The position numbers and the translations under genes are program-made. Positions 38,489 to 46,907 of a stretch of 58,397 nucleotides of DNA are shown here, one piece after another. Position 1 is the stretch's first letter, and the number at the start of each line of letters is the position of its first letter. The notes under the pieces were generated by a model, which was not told the DNA's origin, searched no databases, and saw nothing but the letters and a program-made list of their open reading frames with translations. The stretch comes from a virus (lineage: Duplodnaviria; Caudoviricetes): the IMG/VR virus record IMGVR_UViG_3300025466_000039, positions 1 through 58,397 of that record; one strand, written 5' to 3'.

Positions 38489-39205
38489 TCAGTCGAAGTT
38501 ACCGTAGGGGTAAGTTGTCAAGTTGCCAATATTGGGGTCGTTCTGTGCGTAGCGCATTGTAAAGTTGAACTTACCGCCAGTAGGAGCCGCAACACTTGTA
38601 CCAGTAATGGACAATGTAAACACAACTTGAGAGAAGAAGCTAGGCTGTGTACCAACTTGGGGGTTTTGAATATCCGAAGTTGTGGCAGTCATGTTCAACA
38701 AATTTGTGCCAGTGAAAGTGATGGTTTGACGACCAGCAGTACCCACTGTGGTTGTGCCAAGAGCAGCAGTAGCGTAAACAGGTGTTCCGCCACCAGCAGT
38801 GTAATTGTTAGAAACAAACACGCTCACATTACTCAATGTTGCGCCGCTCTCGCCAGTGATGGCAGAGATATAGTCAATATCAAAAGTAATGATTTGGCTA
38901 TTAATGGGCACATACATTACCACACCACGATACACCTGAGTAGAAGTATCAGCAGGTAGAGTCTGTACGGTTGGGCCAGTAGCGACAAACGTAGAATTGG
39001 GTGTATAGACAACGCCCTGCAAATTGGGAATGGTATTGGAAGAAACAAACTGTCCTGAACCACCACTGTAGCCAGCAGTACCAAGAGTTGTGTTTGACAA
39101 ATCAATATAGCAGTCTTGCTCTAAAACTGTATATCCAATATCGCGAAGGGGGCCGAAACGGTTATCACCGCTTATGATTGGGCCGTCAAATGTACTGCGT
39201 GCCAT
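38489..39205 (-). CDS. virion structural protein (decoration-like)
   Basis: MARSTFDGPI start; T/S/G-rich beta protein. Confidence 0.65.
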   Translation of the reverse strand: MARSTFDGPIISGDNRFGPLRDIGYTVLEQDCYIDLSNTTLGTAGYSGGSGQFVSSNTIPNLQGVVYTPNSTFVATGPTVQTLPADTSTQVYRGVVMYVPINSQIITFDIDYISAITGESGATLSNVSVFVSNNYTAGGGTPVYATAALGTTTVGTAGRQTITFTGTNLLNMTATTSDIQNPQVGTQPSFFSQVVFTLSITGTSVAAPTGGKFNFTMRYAQNDPNIGNLTTYPYGNFD

Positions 39206-39216
39206 GATAATTCCTT

Positions 39217-39287
39217 ATGCAAAAGTCTCTTGTTAATCGTTGCATCGTGACCCCTGGGCGGGCTGGCAACAAGAGAAAAAATCCCAG
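39217..39287 (-). promoter_or_regulatory. structured 5' leader (kissing-loop/double pseudoknot)
   Basis: Three interleaved perfect helices: 39217-22/39240-45, 39226-34/39268-76, 39254-58/39283-87. Confidence 0.5.
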
Positions 39288-39296
39288 ACAACCTAC

Positions 39297-39324
39297 AATA
39301 TACACTATACACGCATGGTGTCAA
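39297..39324 (-). promoter_or_regulatory. sigma70 promoter at the end of the HNH gene
   Basis: TTGACA-16 nt-TATATT. Confidence 0.6.
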
Positions 39325-39895
39325 CAAGTTTGTTAGACTTTTTTAAATTCTCTTCTTGCGTAATAACACGCAGATTCCAAGGCACATGTAGGCCACATAC
39401 AGACTCTGAGATGAGCGGAATAATATGGTCAACTACATACCTTTGCCCAGCTATTTTACTGAGCTCTTGCGCCTTTAAATACAGATTTCGCATGGCCAGC
39501 TTTTGTTCTGGCGTTATCCACTTGGGTGTGGCGTTCTTATGCCTACGTTTGCGTACACTGTTAAGAGCTTTATACAACTCAGGGTTTTGTGTTTTGTATT
39601 TTTCTCTATGTAAACGCCGTTGCTCGACAGGTCGAGCTGCCGCCCTTGCAATTACTTGTTCTTTATTGCGCTCGTAATATTCTTTCTTGGCCTTTTGAGA
39701 CGCCTCGGATTGATTATATTGTTTAAAGTATTCTGCTCTGGTTTCATTGCCTTTATCCCACTCCACCTTTAGGCAGTCAAGACATGAGCCTTTTGTTTTA
39801 CGCAAAGCGATATGCCCATGTTTGCAGGGTTGTCCAGTGAAATAGTACTTACTGCCGATTTTTTTTGCCTCTGCTCTTGTGGCTGGGTAGTCCAT
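39305..39895 (-). CDS. HNH endonuclease (free-standing, homing-like)
   Basis: VDHIIPL...VCGLHVPWNL.VIT..EN..KSN; N-terminal YFTG.PCKHGH. Confidence 0.85.
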   Translation of the reverse strand: MDYPATRAEAKKIGSKYYFTGQPCKHGHIALRKTKGSCLDCLKVEWDKGNETRAEYFKQYNQSEASQKAKKEYYERNKEQVIARAAARPVEQRRLHREKYKTQNPELYKALNSVRKRRHKNATPKWITPEQKLAMRNLYLKAQELSKIAGQRYVVDHIIPLISESVCGLHVPWNLRVITQEENLKKSNKLVDTMRV

Positions 39896-39935
39896 GTGTA
39901 CTCCTTGATTACGATACAGGTAATTATAGTACGAG

Positions 39936-39963
39936 AAAAAGGGGCTCTTGTGAAGCCCCCTTT
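39936..39963 (-). terminator. intrinsic terminator after the major capsid gene
   Basis: minus strand GGGGCTT-cacaa-GAGCCCC then TTTTT. Confidence 0.8.
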
Positions 39964-39986
39964 AATTAATTAAATGTTTAATTTAA

Positions 39987-40889
39987 TCAATATGAACCAT
40001 AGATTCCGAGAGGATCACTCCAACCGAAGCTATAGCGCTCGCGAGACTTGTATCTCACGTTACCGGTGTCGAAGTCCCCGTCCATTGAATTCTGGAGAGG
40101 TGTACGCTCAAAGTGCTTCAAGCCATTTGGAACGTCTGTGGTCAAGAACCATGCATTAGTTGCGGTCAAGAAGTGGTTAACGGTATAACCTTCAGGGATT
40201 GAACCGTTGTTCTTGAGAGCGTTAATGTCATTGTTGTTTGTGCCAACACGCAATTCTGTTTCGAGCAAACGTGTTGCAACAAACATTAGTGCTGGAGGAA
40301 CAATCAACTTCTTGGGGCGTGCGGCGATCAAAAGACCACGCTCGTCTGTCCAAGCAGCGATCTGAATGACGGCATTTTCAAGAGAAGTCTCGTTCAAGTC
40401 AGCCGCTGTGGAAGGAGTGTTGGCGTTTGTGCCACCGTTCACCAAGGGGTGAGCAGAGTTCAACAAAGACACGCCATCACCACCAGGATAGGCAGCGTTG
40501 TAGGCGTTGTTCAACACGTTGGCAGCTTTCACCTGTTTGGTGTAAGCCATCGCACGGGCCAAGCCTTTGGTGTAGCGAGCAGACAAGCTGTCGTACAAAT
40601 TATCCTCAATCGCCTCTTCAGTGATTGAGAAACCCAAAGCAATGGTCTCGTGGTTGTAACGTGCTGTGAAAGCCTCTTGCGCATTGTCATAGCTGAGAGC
40701 TGTACCCTCGGCCTTGACTGGTGCAGCTGAGAAGCCTGACAGTTTTGTTTCTTCTTCAAAGCTACGCTCTGATTTCTCAGTTTCGTAGATCTCTTTGTGC
40801 TCTTCGCCGTAACGGGCGTACTCTAGACCGAACAATGCGTTCAAACCAGGGAGCAACTCTTTAAGCAGTTGTGCGCGTGAAATAGCCAT
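39987..40889 (-). CDS. major capsid protein
   Basis: MAISRAQLLKELLPGLNALFGLEY...DGDFDTGNVRYK.RERYSFG.SDP; strong codon bias; followed by a terminator. Confidence 0.9.
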   Translation of the reverse strand: MAISRAQLLKELLPGLNALFGLEYARYGEEHKEIYETEKSERSFEEETKLSGFSAAPVKAEGTALSYDNAQEAFTARYNHETIALGFSITEEAIEDNLYDSLSARYTKGLARAMAYTKQVKAANVLNNAYNAAYPGGDGVSLLNSAHPLVNGGTNANTPSTAADLNETSLENAVIQIAAWTDERGLLIAARPKKLIVPPALMFVATRLLETELRVGTNNNDINALKNNGSIPEGYTVNHFLTATNAWFLTTDVPNGLKHFERTPLQNSMDGDFDTGNVRYKSRERYSFGWSDPLGIYGSY

Positions 40890-40904
40890 TTAAGTGCTCC
40901 TTAA

Positions 40905-41774
40905 TTAAACACCAGCAGTGTTAGTCATACCTTGGAATGTTGCATTCCATACGACCAAAACTTCAGGGAAACCAACGAAAGATAAGTTCGTGCCTGTGGG
41001 AACAGAAATACTGGAAGCCAAAGTAACGGTTGTGCCGCTAACGTTGGTTACAGAAATATAGTTACCTTGGGCAACGCCACTTACGCCTTGAGCAATCAAT
41101 TGCATTCCGGGCTGGATAGCAGTGTTTGCAGCTGTCAATGTAATAGTAGTACCAGATGTGCTGGCATTTCCGCCAACGGCAGAAACGGTAACAGCAGTAT
41201 CTTGCACCACGCTAACACAGCGGAAAGGTAGCAATGTAGCAATACGAGTATTACCAGATGTACCAGAGCTGATCACAGCACCAGAGACGGCCATTGCTGA
41301 GTCACCAGTCGTGGTGTTACCTGCTGTACCTGTGACGGCATAGAGGTTAGAACCAATGAAGGTGGGGTTAGCATAGCCAACTGTGGAAGCGGTGTTGGAC
41401 AAGGAAGTACCTTGAGCAACCATCACTGCTTTGAACACAGTACGGGGATCGTCAATCACATATCCAACTGCATAGTTAGATGATGTGCTTGCAGGCCAGT
41501 ATTGACCGCGAACGATTTGGCTGGAAGAGTTTGTGTACTCAGCACCAACAAAGATACCCAATGTACCGGCTACAGGAGTAGCAGGGCTAGAGGCAGCAGA
41601 CATGGTGGTGGCAACAATGCTACCGTTAGAGAGCTGAACAATGTCACCATTGAACAACGATGTACCATAAGCAGTAGCAATGGGATACATGCGAGTTGAC
41701 CCAGAATAGGGTAATCCGCCGAACTCACTGACCGCTTTAAACCCGTATGGAGCGGGAATAATTGGATAAGCCAT
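40905..41774 (-). CDS. capsid-associated (decoration/cement) protein
   Basis: APYGFK...FNGD.V...DDP..VFK; immediately upstream of the MCP. Confidence 0.65.
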   Translation of the reverse strand: MAYPIIPAPYGFKAVSEFGGLPYSGSTRMYPIATAYGTSLFNGDIVQLSNGSIVATTMSAASSPATPVAGTLGIFVGAEYTNSSSQIVRGQYWPASTSSNYAVGYVIDDPRTVFKAVMVAQGTSLSNTASTVGYANPTFIGSNLYAVTGTAGNTTTGDSAMAVSGAVISSGTSGNTRIATLLPFRCVSVVQDTAVTVSAVGGNASTSGTTITLTAANTAIQPGMQLIAQGVSGVAQGNYISVTNVSGTTVTLASSISVPTGTNLSFVGFPEVLVVWNATFQGMTNTAGV

Positions 41775-41793
41775 TTAGGACTCCTGAATTAAA

Positions 41794-42237
41794 TTATCTT
41801 GCGCCAAACCCAGTACCGCGTGTCGTTGTGGATGTTCTATCCGAAAACTTGCGCATCCTGGGGTCATTGTCTTTCATGAAACTGTTGTCCACTGACTCCA
41901 TCTGATCTTGTGCTTGCTTGGCATAATAGCGCTGGTAGGCGTCAAAGTTTTCTTGTGTGTTTTTGCACAGAATCAAACCACCGACTTCTACGTTGCCCTC
42001 ATTATTCCCCTCAAGCATTAGCTCGGGATGGTCTGCCGCCTTGACTGGTTCCCAGCCGTCACGTCTCATGCGAGACAATCTGGTGTGATCCGCCTTACCT
42101 AATATGTGTGTCATAACGTAACGATACACAAAACCAGGCTCGGGTGTTGGGTCTGGCAATTGGCTCGAAGGTTTGTACTCCTTACGAACTTCTTTATCAC
42201 GGGTTTCAATATCACGAGTTTTCTTAACATCAACCAT
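41794..42237 (-). CDS. conserved head-module protein
   Basis: LPDP.PEPG..YR...R.GWEPVKA.DHPE...GGLILCK. Confidence 0.7.
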   Translation of the reverse strand: MVDVKKTRDIETRDKEVRKEYKPSSQLPDPTPEPGFVYRYVMTHILGKADHTRLSRMRRDGWEPVKAADHPELMLEGNNEGNVEVGGLILCKNTQENFDAYQRYYAKQAQDQMESVDNSFMKDNDPRMRKFSDRTSTTTRGTGFGAR

Positions 42238-43162
42238 TTTGTGCCTCCAATTTCTGTTGTTCAAGGTAATACTTCTTGGGATCAAGATTAAATTTCTTCA
42301 CTAACGCTGCTTGCGTCGGAGTCAATTGAACCTTTTTTACGCCAGAAGATCGTGACGCTGGAGCAACTACATTCGAAGGACGCTTTGCGGCTTGTGCCGA
42401 TTTTTGTTCACCGAATACTTCCGGGAACGTGTTTTTGATGCGTGAATCTATCTGTTGATAATATTCATCGGAGCGCGGGTCTACACCCGAGTTGACTAGT
42501 TTTTGATGCAGCCCTAGCGCAAAGCTGGTAACTTCTTCAAACCCTTGCGAACCAAACCACTGGTTTTTTGCCTGCCAGCGCAGGGATTTTTCGTCTGGTT
42601 GTACAGATTGAGTCTGTCTAGGTTGAGTTTGTACCGTATTTTCTCGCTCTTGTAAAGCAGGACGGTAATTTTTCAATGATTCAATGCGCCATTTAGCCTC
42701 AGTCAAAGCCTCTTGAGCCGCAATAATGGCATCAGTATCGTAGGCTTCTTGAGCCTCTTTATACTGTTTTCTCGCCAATACCAGGTCAGCTTCAGCCTTT
42801 TCTTTGGCAGAAGACGCAATCATTTGATGGCCCGCTTGGACGTTGCTTTTTAGAGACTTGTTCTCTTCAATTAACTGTCTAGCAAGGCTTTCAAGCTCCT
42901 GTTTTTCCCGCATAGCCGCTTCGGCTTTACGTCTCTCATCGTGTCTAGCATGCGTCAATTCCTTGATGCGGCTTTGTACATTCTGAGAGTAACTGGCAAT
43001 TTCATCGTCAGTTGGATCTGGAACTTCTTTGTTTAAAGGCTGTTTGCCTTTGTCGCGTTCTGGGGTGTCATCGATGATTTCAATTTCGATTTCTTCCTCG
43101 TTTGCTTCCGCAGCTTGAGGTAGTTCATCGGTTTCATCGGGGAACTTGTATGGTTCGTTCAT
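42230..43162 (-). CDS. capsid scaffolding protein
   Basis: Acidic N-terminus, long coiled coil, W..KNQWFG; position between portal and MCP. Confidence 0.7.
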   Translation of the reverse strand: MNEPYKFPDETDELPQAAEANEEEIEIEIIDDTPERDKGKQPLNKEVPDPTDDEIASYSQNVQSRIKELTHARHDERRKAEAAMREKQELESLARQLIEENKSLKSNVQAGHQMIASSAKEKAEADLVLARKQYKEAQEAYDTDAIIAAQEALTEAKWRIESLKNYRPALQERENTVQTQPRQTQSVQPDEKSLRWQAKNQWFGSQGFEEVTSFALGLHQKLVNSGVDPRSDEYYQQIDSRIKNTFPEVFGEQKSAQAAKRPSNVVAPASRSSGVKKVQLTPTQAALVKKFNLDPKKYYLEQQKLEAQNG

Positions 43163-43171
43163 ATTTGTCCT

Positions 43172-43606
43172 TTATGCACGGCTTATGCCGCGGGGGTCTT
43201 CAACAACAGCATCGACTTGGTCATCGTTGATGAGCCTAAATTCTTTGCCGAAAATTTTAAAACGCGTACCAGAATAAGTACGAGTTAGCACAAAATCTCC
43301 AGGCTTGCACCACGCTCCAGTGGGGTACTTTTCTGGGTCTTTATATGCATCGGGCCCAACCTTAAGCACAAACAAAACGGTTGTAGCGTGTTGTTCTTGT
43401 ACCGCGTATTGGGATGGTCTTATCAGATCCAAATCAGTTCCATCAATCTTGTCGGAAATGTCGGGCACTCCGCAAAGAATTTTGTAACCGGTTGGTTCTG
43501 GTAATACAGTGGCCTTCTCTTCATTGGTTGCATTCTCTTGTGGGGCCTCCACAGGTTGAATGGTTTCTGGCATCGTAACGCCAGGGGGGAGGATGAAATC
43601 AGTCAT
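43172..43606 (-). CDS. groES: GroES-like co-chaperonin
   Basis: P.PTGYKIL...VLKVGPDAY.D...WCK.GDFV....YSG...G.EFRLINDD.V.AVV. Confidence 0.85.
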   Translation of the reverse strand: MTDFILPPGVTMPETIQPVEAPQENATNEEKATVLPEPTGYKILCGVPDISDKIDGTDLDLIRPSQYAVQEQHATTVLFVLKVGPDAYKDPEKYPTGAWCKPGDFVLTRTYSGTRFKIFGKEFRLINDDQVDAVVEDPRGISRA

Positions 43607-43793
43607 CGTTTTCTTCACTTTCTTTTAGCAGGTCTAGGAGGTGACGCTCTGCAATGGCCAGACCCGAAATAAGCCCGCAGAGTTTTTGATATTCTTCGAA
43701 AGAGCGGCATGCACCACCAGCCATATCATCGGCATAGTTGTTCATGTCAGTGCGTAATTTTTCGCGCAATACGCGTGCGAAGTCTTGGATCAT
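43599..43793 (-). CDS. hypothetical head-module protein
   Basis: G...FEEY...CG.I.GL motif after the portal. Confidence 0.7.
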   Translation of the reverse strand: MIQDFARVLREKLRTDMNNYADDMAGGACRSFEEYQKLCGLISGLAIAERHLLDLLKESEENDD

Positions 43794-46312
43794 TGTTTAC
43801 CTTTGTTGGCCTCTCGCCTTCTCATAGCAAGTTCGGCTTTGTGTTTAGCAATATCGGCACCGGTTTGTATGCCGATCTGTCTGTCAGCCGCGGCAGTCTG
43901 ATTTCTGTGTTTTGCAACATCAACAATCGTATTGAGTGCGGCCTGTTTCTCTTGTGTATCGATTTGGTTTTTGTGTTTGGCCATATCGATACCGGCTTTG
44001 TACGCACCTAGCTGTTGGTCGCCAGCTATTTTTTGTTGCTCTAAGGCTAGTTTTGCTTGAGCAATTTGCGCTTCCATCTGGGCCTTTTGGGCTTTGATTT
44101 GAACTTCTTGTTGTGCAATTTGCAGTTCTTGCTGTTGCATCTGTAGAACTGGGTCTTGCGCCTGTTGCTGGGCTTGCTGTTGTGCAGCCATTGCCTGATG
44201 TTGTTGCGCAACTTGTTGCGCTGCTTGGGCTAACATTCCAGACAATGCAGTCTCCAGTTGAGGAGTCATCTTTTCATCTTCGGGCGGCATTGCCATTCCG
44301 AGTTGTTCTTCTACCTGCTGACGATACATATACCCAGCATGCTCGCCCATATGCGCCTGAAGAGCCGCCATGATTTGATTGGCTTGGGGATTCTGACCAA
44401 TAATTGCCATGATCATTGGATCTTGCATCATCGACTGATGAACCTGAATATGCGCTTGATGATTCTGGAATAAGAAAGCCTTTAGCGGCTTGCCCTTAAG
44501 CGCCGCTTGGTTCTCAGATACAGGGTCCGTAGGTTTCTGATCATCTGGTAAAGGTACGAGTTTGTCCGCATTTTTAATTCCTAAAACATCTAACATTGAA
44601 CGGTGCAATTGCGGGAGATCATAAATCTGTGGCGCCATCTGGGCCATCTGTATCACAGCTTGATACTGCACCACTCTCTGAGAAAGAGTAGCCGCGTTAG
44701 GATCAGAAACCGGAATAATGTCTACTTTATCGTAATCGGCTTTCTTAGACTTCCTTCCGCCATACTCTGGGTCGTAGGTATAGTCTGGATCTGTGTAGTC
44801 TCGAATAATATTCTTGAGAAGTTTCAACTCCTGCTTTAAGGCAAAGTGTGTGCGCGCCTGCACTGCACTCAACACCTTTAGCTGTCTCTCAAGTAGAGCT
44901 AAAGTAGTTCCGACTGGTGTCTGGGCAGACATGTCGGACACACTCATATCGGCAGTAGCAGCAAACCTGCGGCCTTCTTCTACGATGTTATTGAGTAGTG
45001 TATAAAGAACTTGACTCGGTTCTTTGTAGGGTAAGGGTAATATAGAGTCGCGGATATTTCCTGACGCTACATCTACATCCCGGAATTCTCCCGGAGCAAT
45101 TGGGGTATCATCGCCCTTAATGCGAAGGCCCCTGGACTTGAGTCCCCCAGGCAAGTTTGATAAAGTTCCTGCATCAATGAGCTGTCGCATGATGCTAGTG
45201 GCAGATTTAGCAAACCCGCCAATGAGGTGGAAGAGCCCGAACCCATAAGCGCCAAAGCCGGGTATGTATTGGTAGTGGACAAAATGCTGTCTCTTGAGCC
45301 TGAGTTCGTCGCCTTCATTCCAGTTCCTCCTTACGGATAAGATATCATGAGTACCCTTAATTAAGGTCACGACATAAGGAACCATAATTCCAGTTTCGTT
45401 ACCTTCGTCATCAACATCCTCAAAACCATCCAATTCAAGATCAACGTGGCACTCATAAAGAGTATATCGTTCATCGTTCAAATCGCTAAATCCAGTCTCC
45501 TTGTCCTTCGCCATCTGGATATCTTCTCGCGAACGACTAGGATCGGGTAACTCTATATCACGGTAAAAACCGGCATTTTGTAACTTGACAATCTCATTCT
45601 TGGTCTTTCTCATGACGTGCGTCACTCGATAGCAGGTATCCATATCTGTAGTCCCGTAGGGAAGAATGATATCTTCGGCAGGGATAAACATAGAAACCTG
45701 GCGTCCTAGATTGGGATCGTAGTACACCTTCTTAAATGCAGAGCCAGTCGCTGGCAAAGACCAAAGCATGCGCTCATGTTCCGGCCTAAATTCTTTCATA
45801 ACTTCCGTCAATTCGTTGTTCATGTCGTCTTGAACATTGATGGATATTTCTCTGGTCTCGTTGGTTTCTTTGCCGATGATTTTGCTGCGAACCGGGCCTT
45901 GGGCTGGGAATGTTTCCGTGATCATCTCAGACTGGAACCTGACCACTGCCTCTGTAATCATAGGATGGAATACACCTGATGCACCGTCCCAGGGTTCTGT
46001 TCTCTCTTCTATATGCAGGCCGAGTAATTTAAGGCCCTCTGTATACGCTTTCTCCCAGTCTTTCCTGGAGTTCTTATCCTGATCAATACTTCTGTCTAAG
46101 TCTCCGGCCAATGTGGATAGCGCAGCTTCGCTTATTTCTTCTGCTAAATTATTGCTAAATCCCTCTTCATCACCTTTTTCCATATCAACCTCAAGATCGC
46201 CTGCTTTAATATGGACCGCTTCGGGATCTACGATTTCTATCTCCACAGGTTCCTGGTCTTGGGCTAAACTCTCAAGTCCAGCTGGGGCTTGGTTAAGTGA
46301 TTTGTCTATCAT
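43790..46312 (-). CDS. portal protein
   Basis: SR.DWE..Y..GL.LLG, HP...EA...FQ, GSAFKKVYYD, RQL.DAGTLSNLP.G; Q-rich C-terminal coil; follows terL. Confidence 0.9.
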   Translation of the reverse strand: MIDKSLNQAPAGLESLAQDQEPVEIEIVDPEAVHIKAGDLEVDMEKGDEEGFSNNLAEEISEAALSTLAGDLDRSIDQDKNSRKDWEKAYTEGLKLLGLHIEERTEPWDGASGVFHPMITEAVVRFQSEMITETFPAQGPVRSKIIGKETNETREISINVQDDMNNELTEVMKEFRPEHERMLWSLPATGSAFKKVYYDPNLGRQVSMFIPAEDIILPYGTTDMDTCYRVTHVMRKTKNEIVKLQNAGFYRDIELPDPSRSREDIQMAKDKETGFSDLNDERYTLYECHVDLELDGFEDVDDEGNETGIMVPYVVTLIKGTHDILSVRRNWNEGDELRLKRQHFVHYQYIPGFGAYGFGLFHLIGGFAKSATSIMRQLIDAGTLSNLPGGLKSRGLRIKGDDTPIAPGEFRDVDVASGNIRDSILPLPYKEPSQVLYTLLNNIVEEGRRFAATADMSVSDMSAQTPVGTTLALLERQLKVLSAVQARTHFALKQELKLLKNIIRDYTDPDYTYDPEYGGRKSKKADYDKVDIIPVSDPNAATLSQRVVQYQAVIQMAQMAPQIYDLPQLHRSMLDVLGIKNADKLVPLPDDQKPTDPVSENQAALKGKPLKAFLFQNHQAHIQVHQSMMQDPMIMAIIGQNPQANQIMAALQAHMGEHAGYMYRQQVEEQLGMAMPPEDEKMTPQLETALSGMLAQAAQQVAQQHQAMAAQQQAQQQAQDPVLQMQQQELQIAQQEVQIKAQKAQMEAQIAQAKLALEQQKIAGDQQLGAYKAGIDMAKHKNQIDTQEKQAALNTIVDVAKHRNQTAAADRQIGIQTGADIAKHKAELAMRRREANKGKQ
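44207..44220. promoter_or_regulatory. palindrome CGCAACTTGTTGCG (dispersed motif copy)
   Basis: Perfect copy inside the portal gene. Confidence 0.55.
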
Positions 46313-46320
46313 GATGTTCC

Positions 46321-46899
46321 TTAAATTAATTTCCAATTACCTGATGAATAATGTTGCGGCATTGCAACCCCACCGGACTTGTTACCTAAATCTTGTTTCA
46401 TATAGCTCTTTAATGAATCCAACATTTTGAGTTGGTCTTTGTTGTATTTCATTTCATCGTTGGCTTCTTTTGGCCATTGATTTAATAGATATCCTCGCAT
46501 TGCAGAGTCTGTTCCGTTTTGCACCGCATCTGCGGCCGGCCTGCCTTCGTCCATTGTTTGTTTAAAGTCACCAGAAACTGTAGCAAGTGTAGCAAGTTGC
46601 TTTGCAGTCATTGAATCTATTAAATCTTTTCTAGTTTTATTTGCAATGGGATCGACATGCATTAATTCGCCAGCCAAGTCGTGATGGGTAAATTCGTTGG
46701 GTTTGCCTATCATCACTCCGACTCTATCAATGGGAAATTCTTTTGGCCTTGGAGCGTTTGGAGCGCCGGGCTCATTTTGGGGCCATGTTTCAGCGTAGTC
46801 TTCCCCTGCATTTCCAACCATTACGATAGGATTATGTTTTGCAATAAATGGGTATTCTTCAACAGCTTTACTCATTAAATTGTTTATATAATCATCCAT
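46321..46899 (-). CDS. hypothetical protein between terL and portal
   Basis: 192-aa ORF ending KSGG...GNWKLI. Confidence 0.7.
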   Translation of the reverse strand: MDDYINNLMSKAVEEYPFIAKHNPIVMVGNAGEDYAETWPQNEPGAPNAPRPKEFPIDRVGVMIGKPNEFTHHDLAGELMHVDPIANKTRKDLIDSMTAKQLATLATVSGDFKQTMDEGRPAADAVQNGTDSAMRGYLLNQWPKEANDEMKYNKDQLKMLDSLKSYMKQDLGNKSGGVAMPQHYSSGNWKLI

Positions 46900-46907
46900 C
46901 TCAATCC

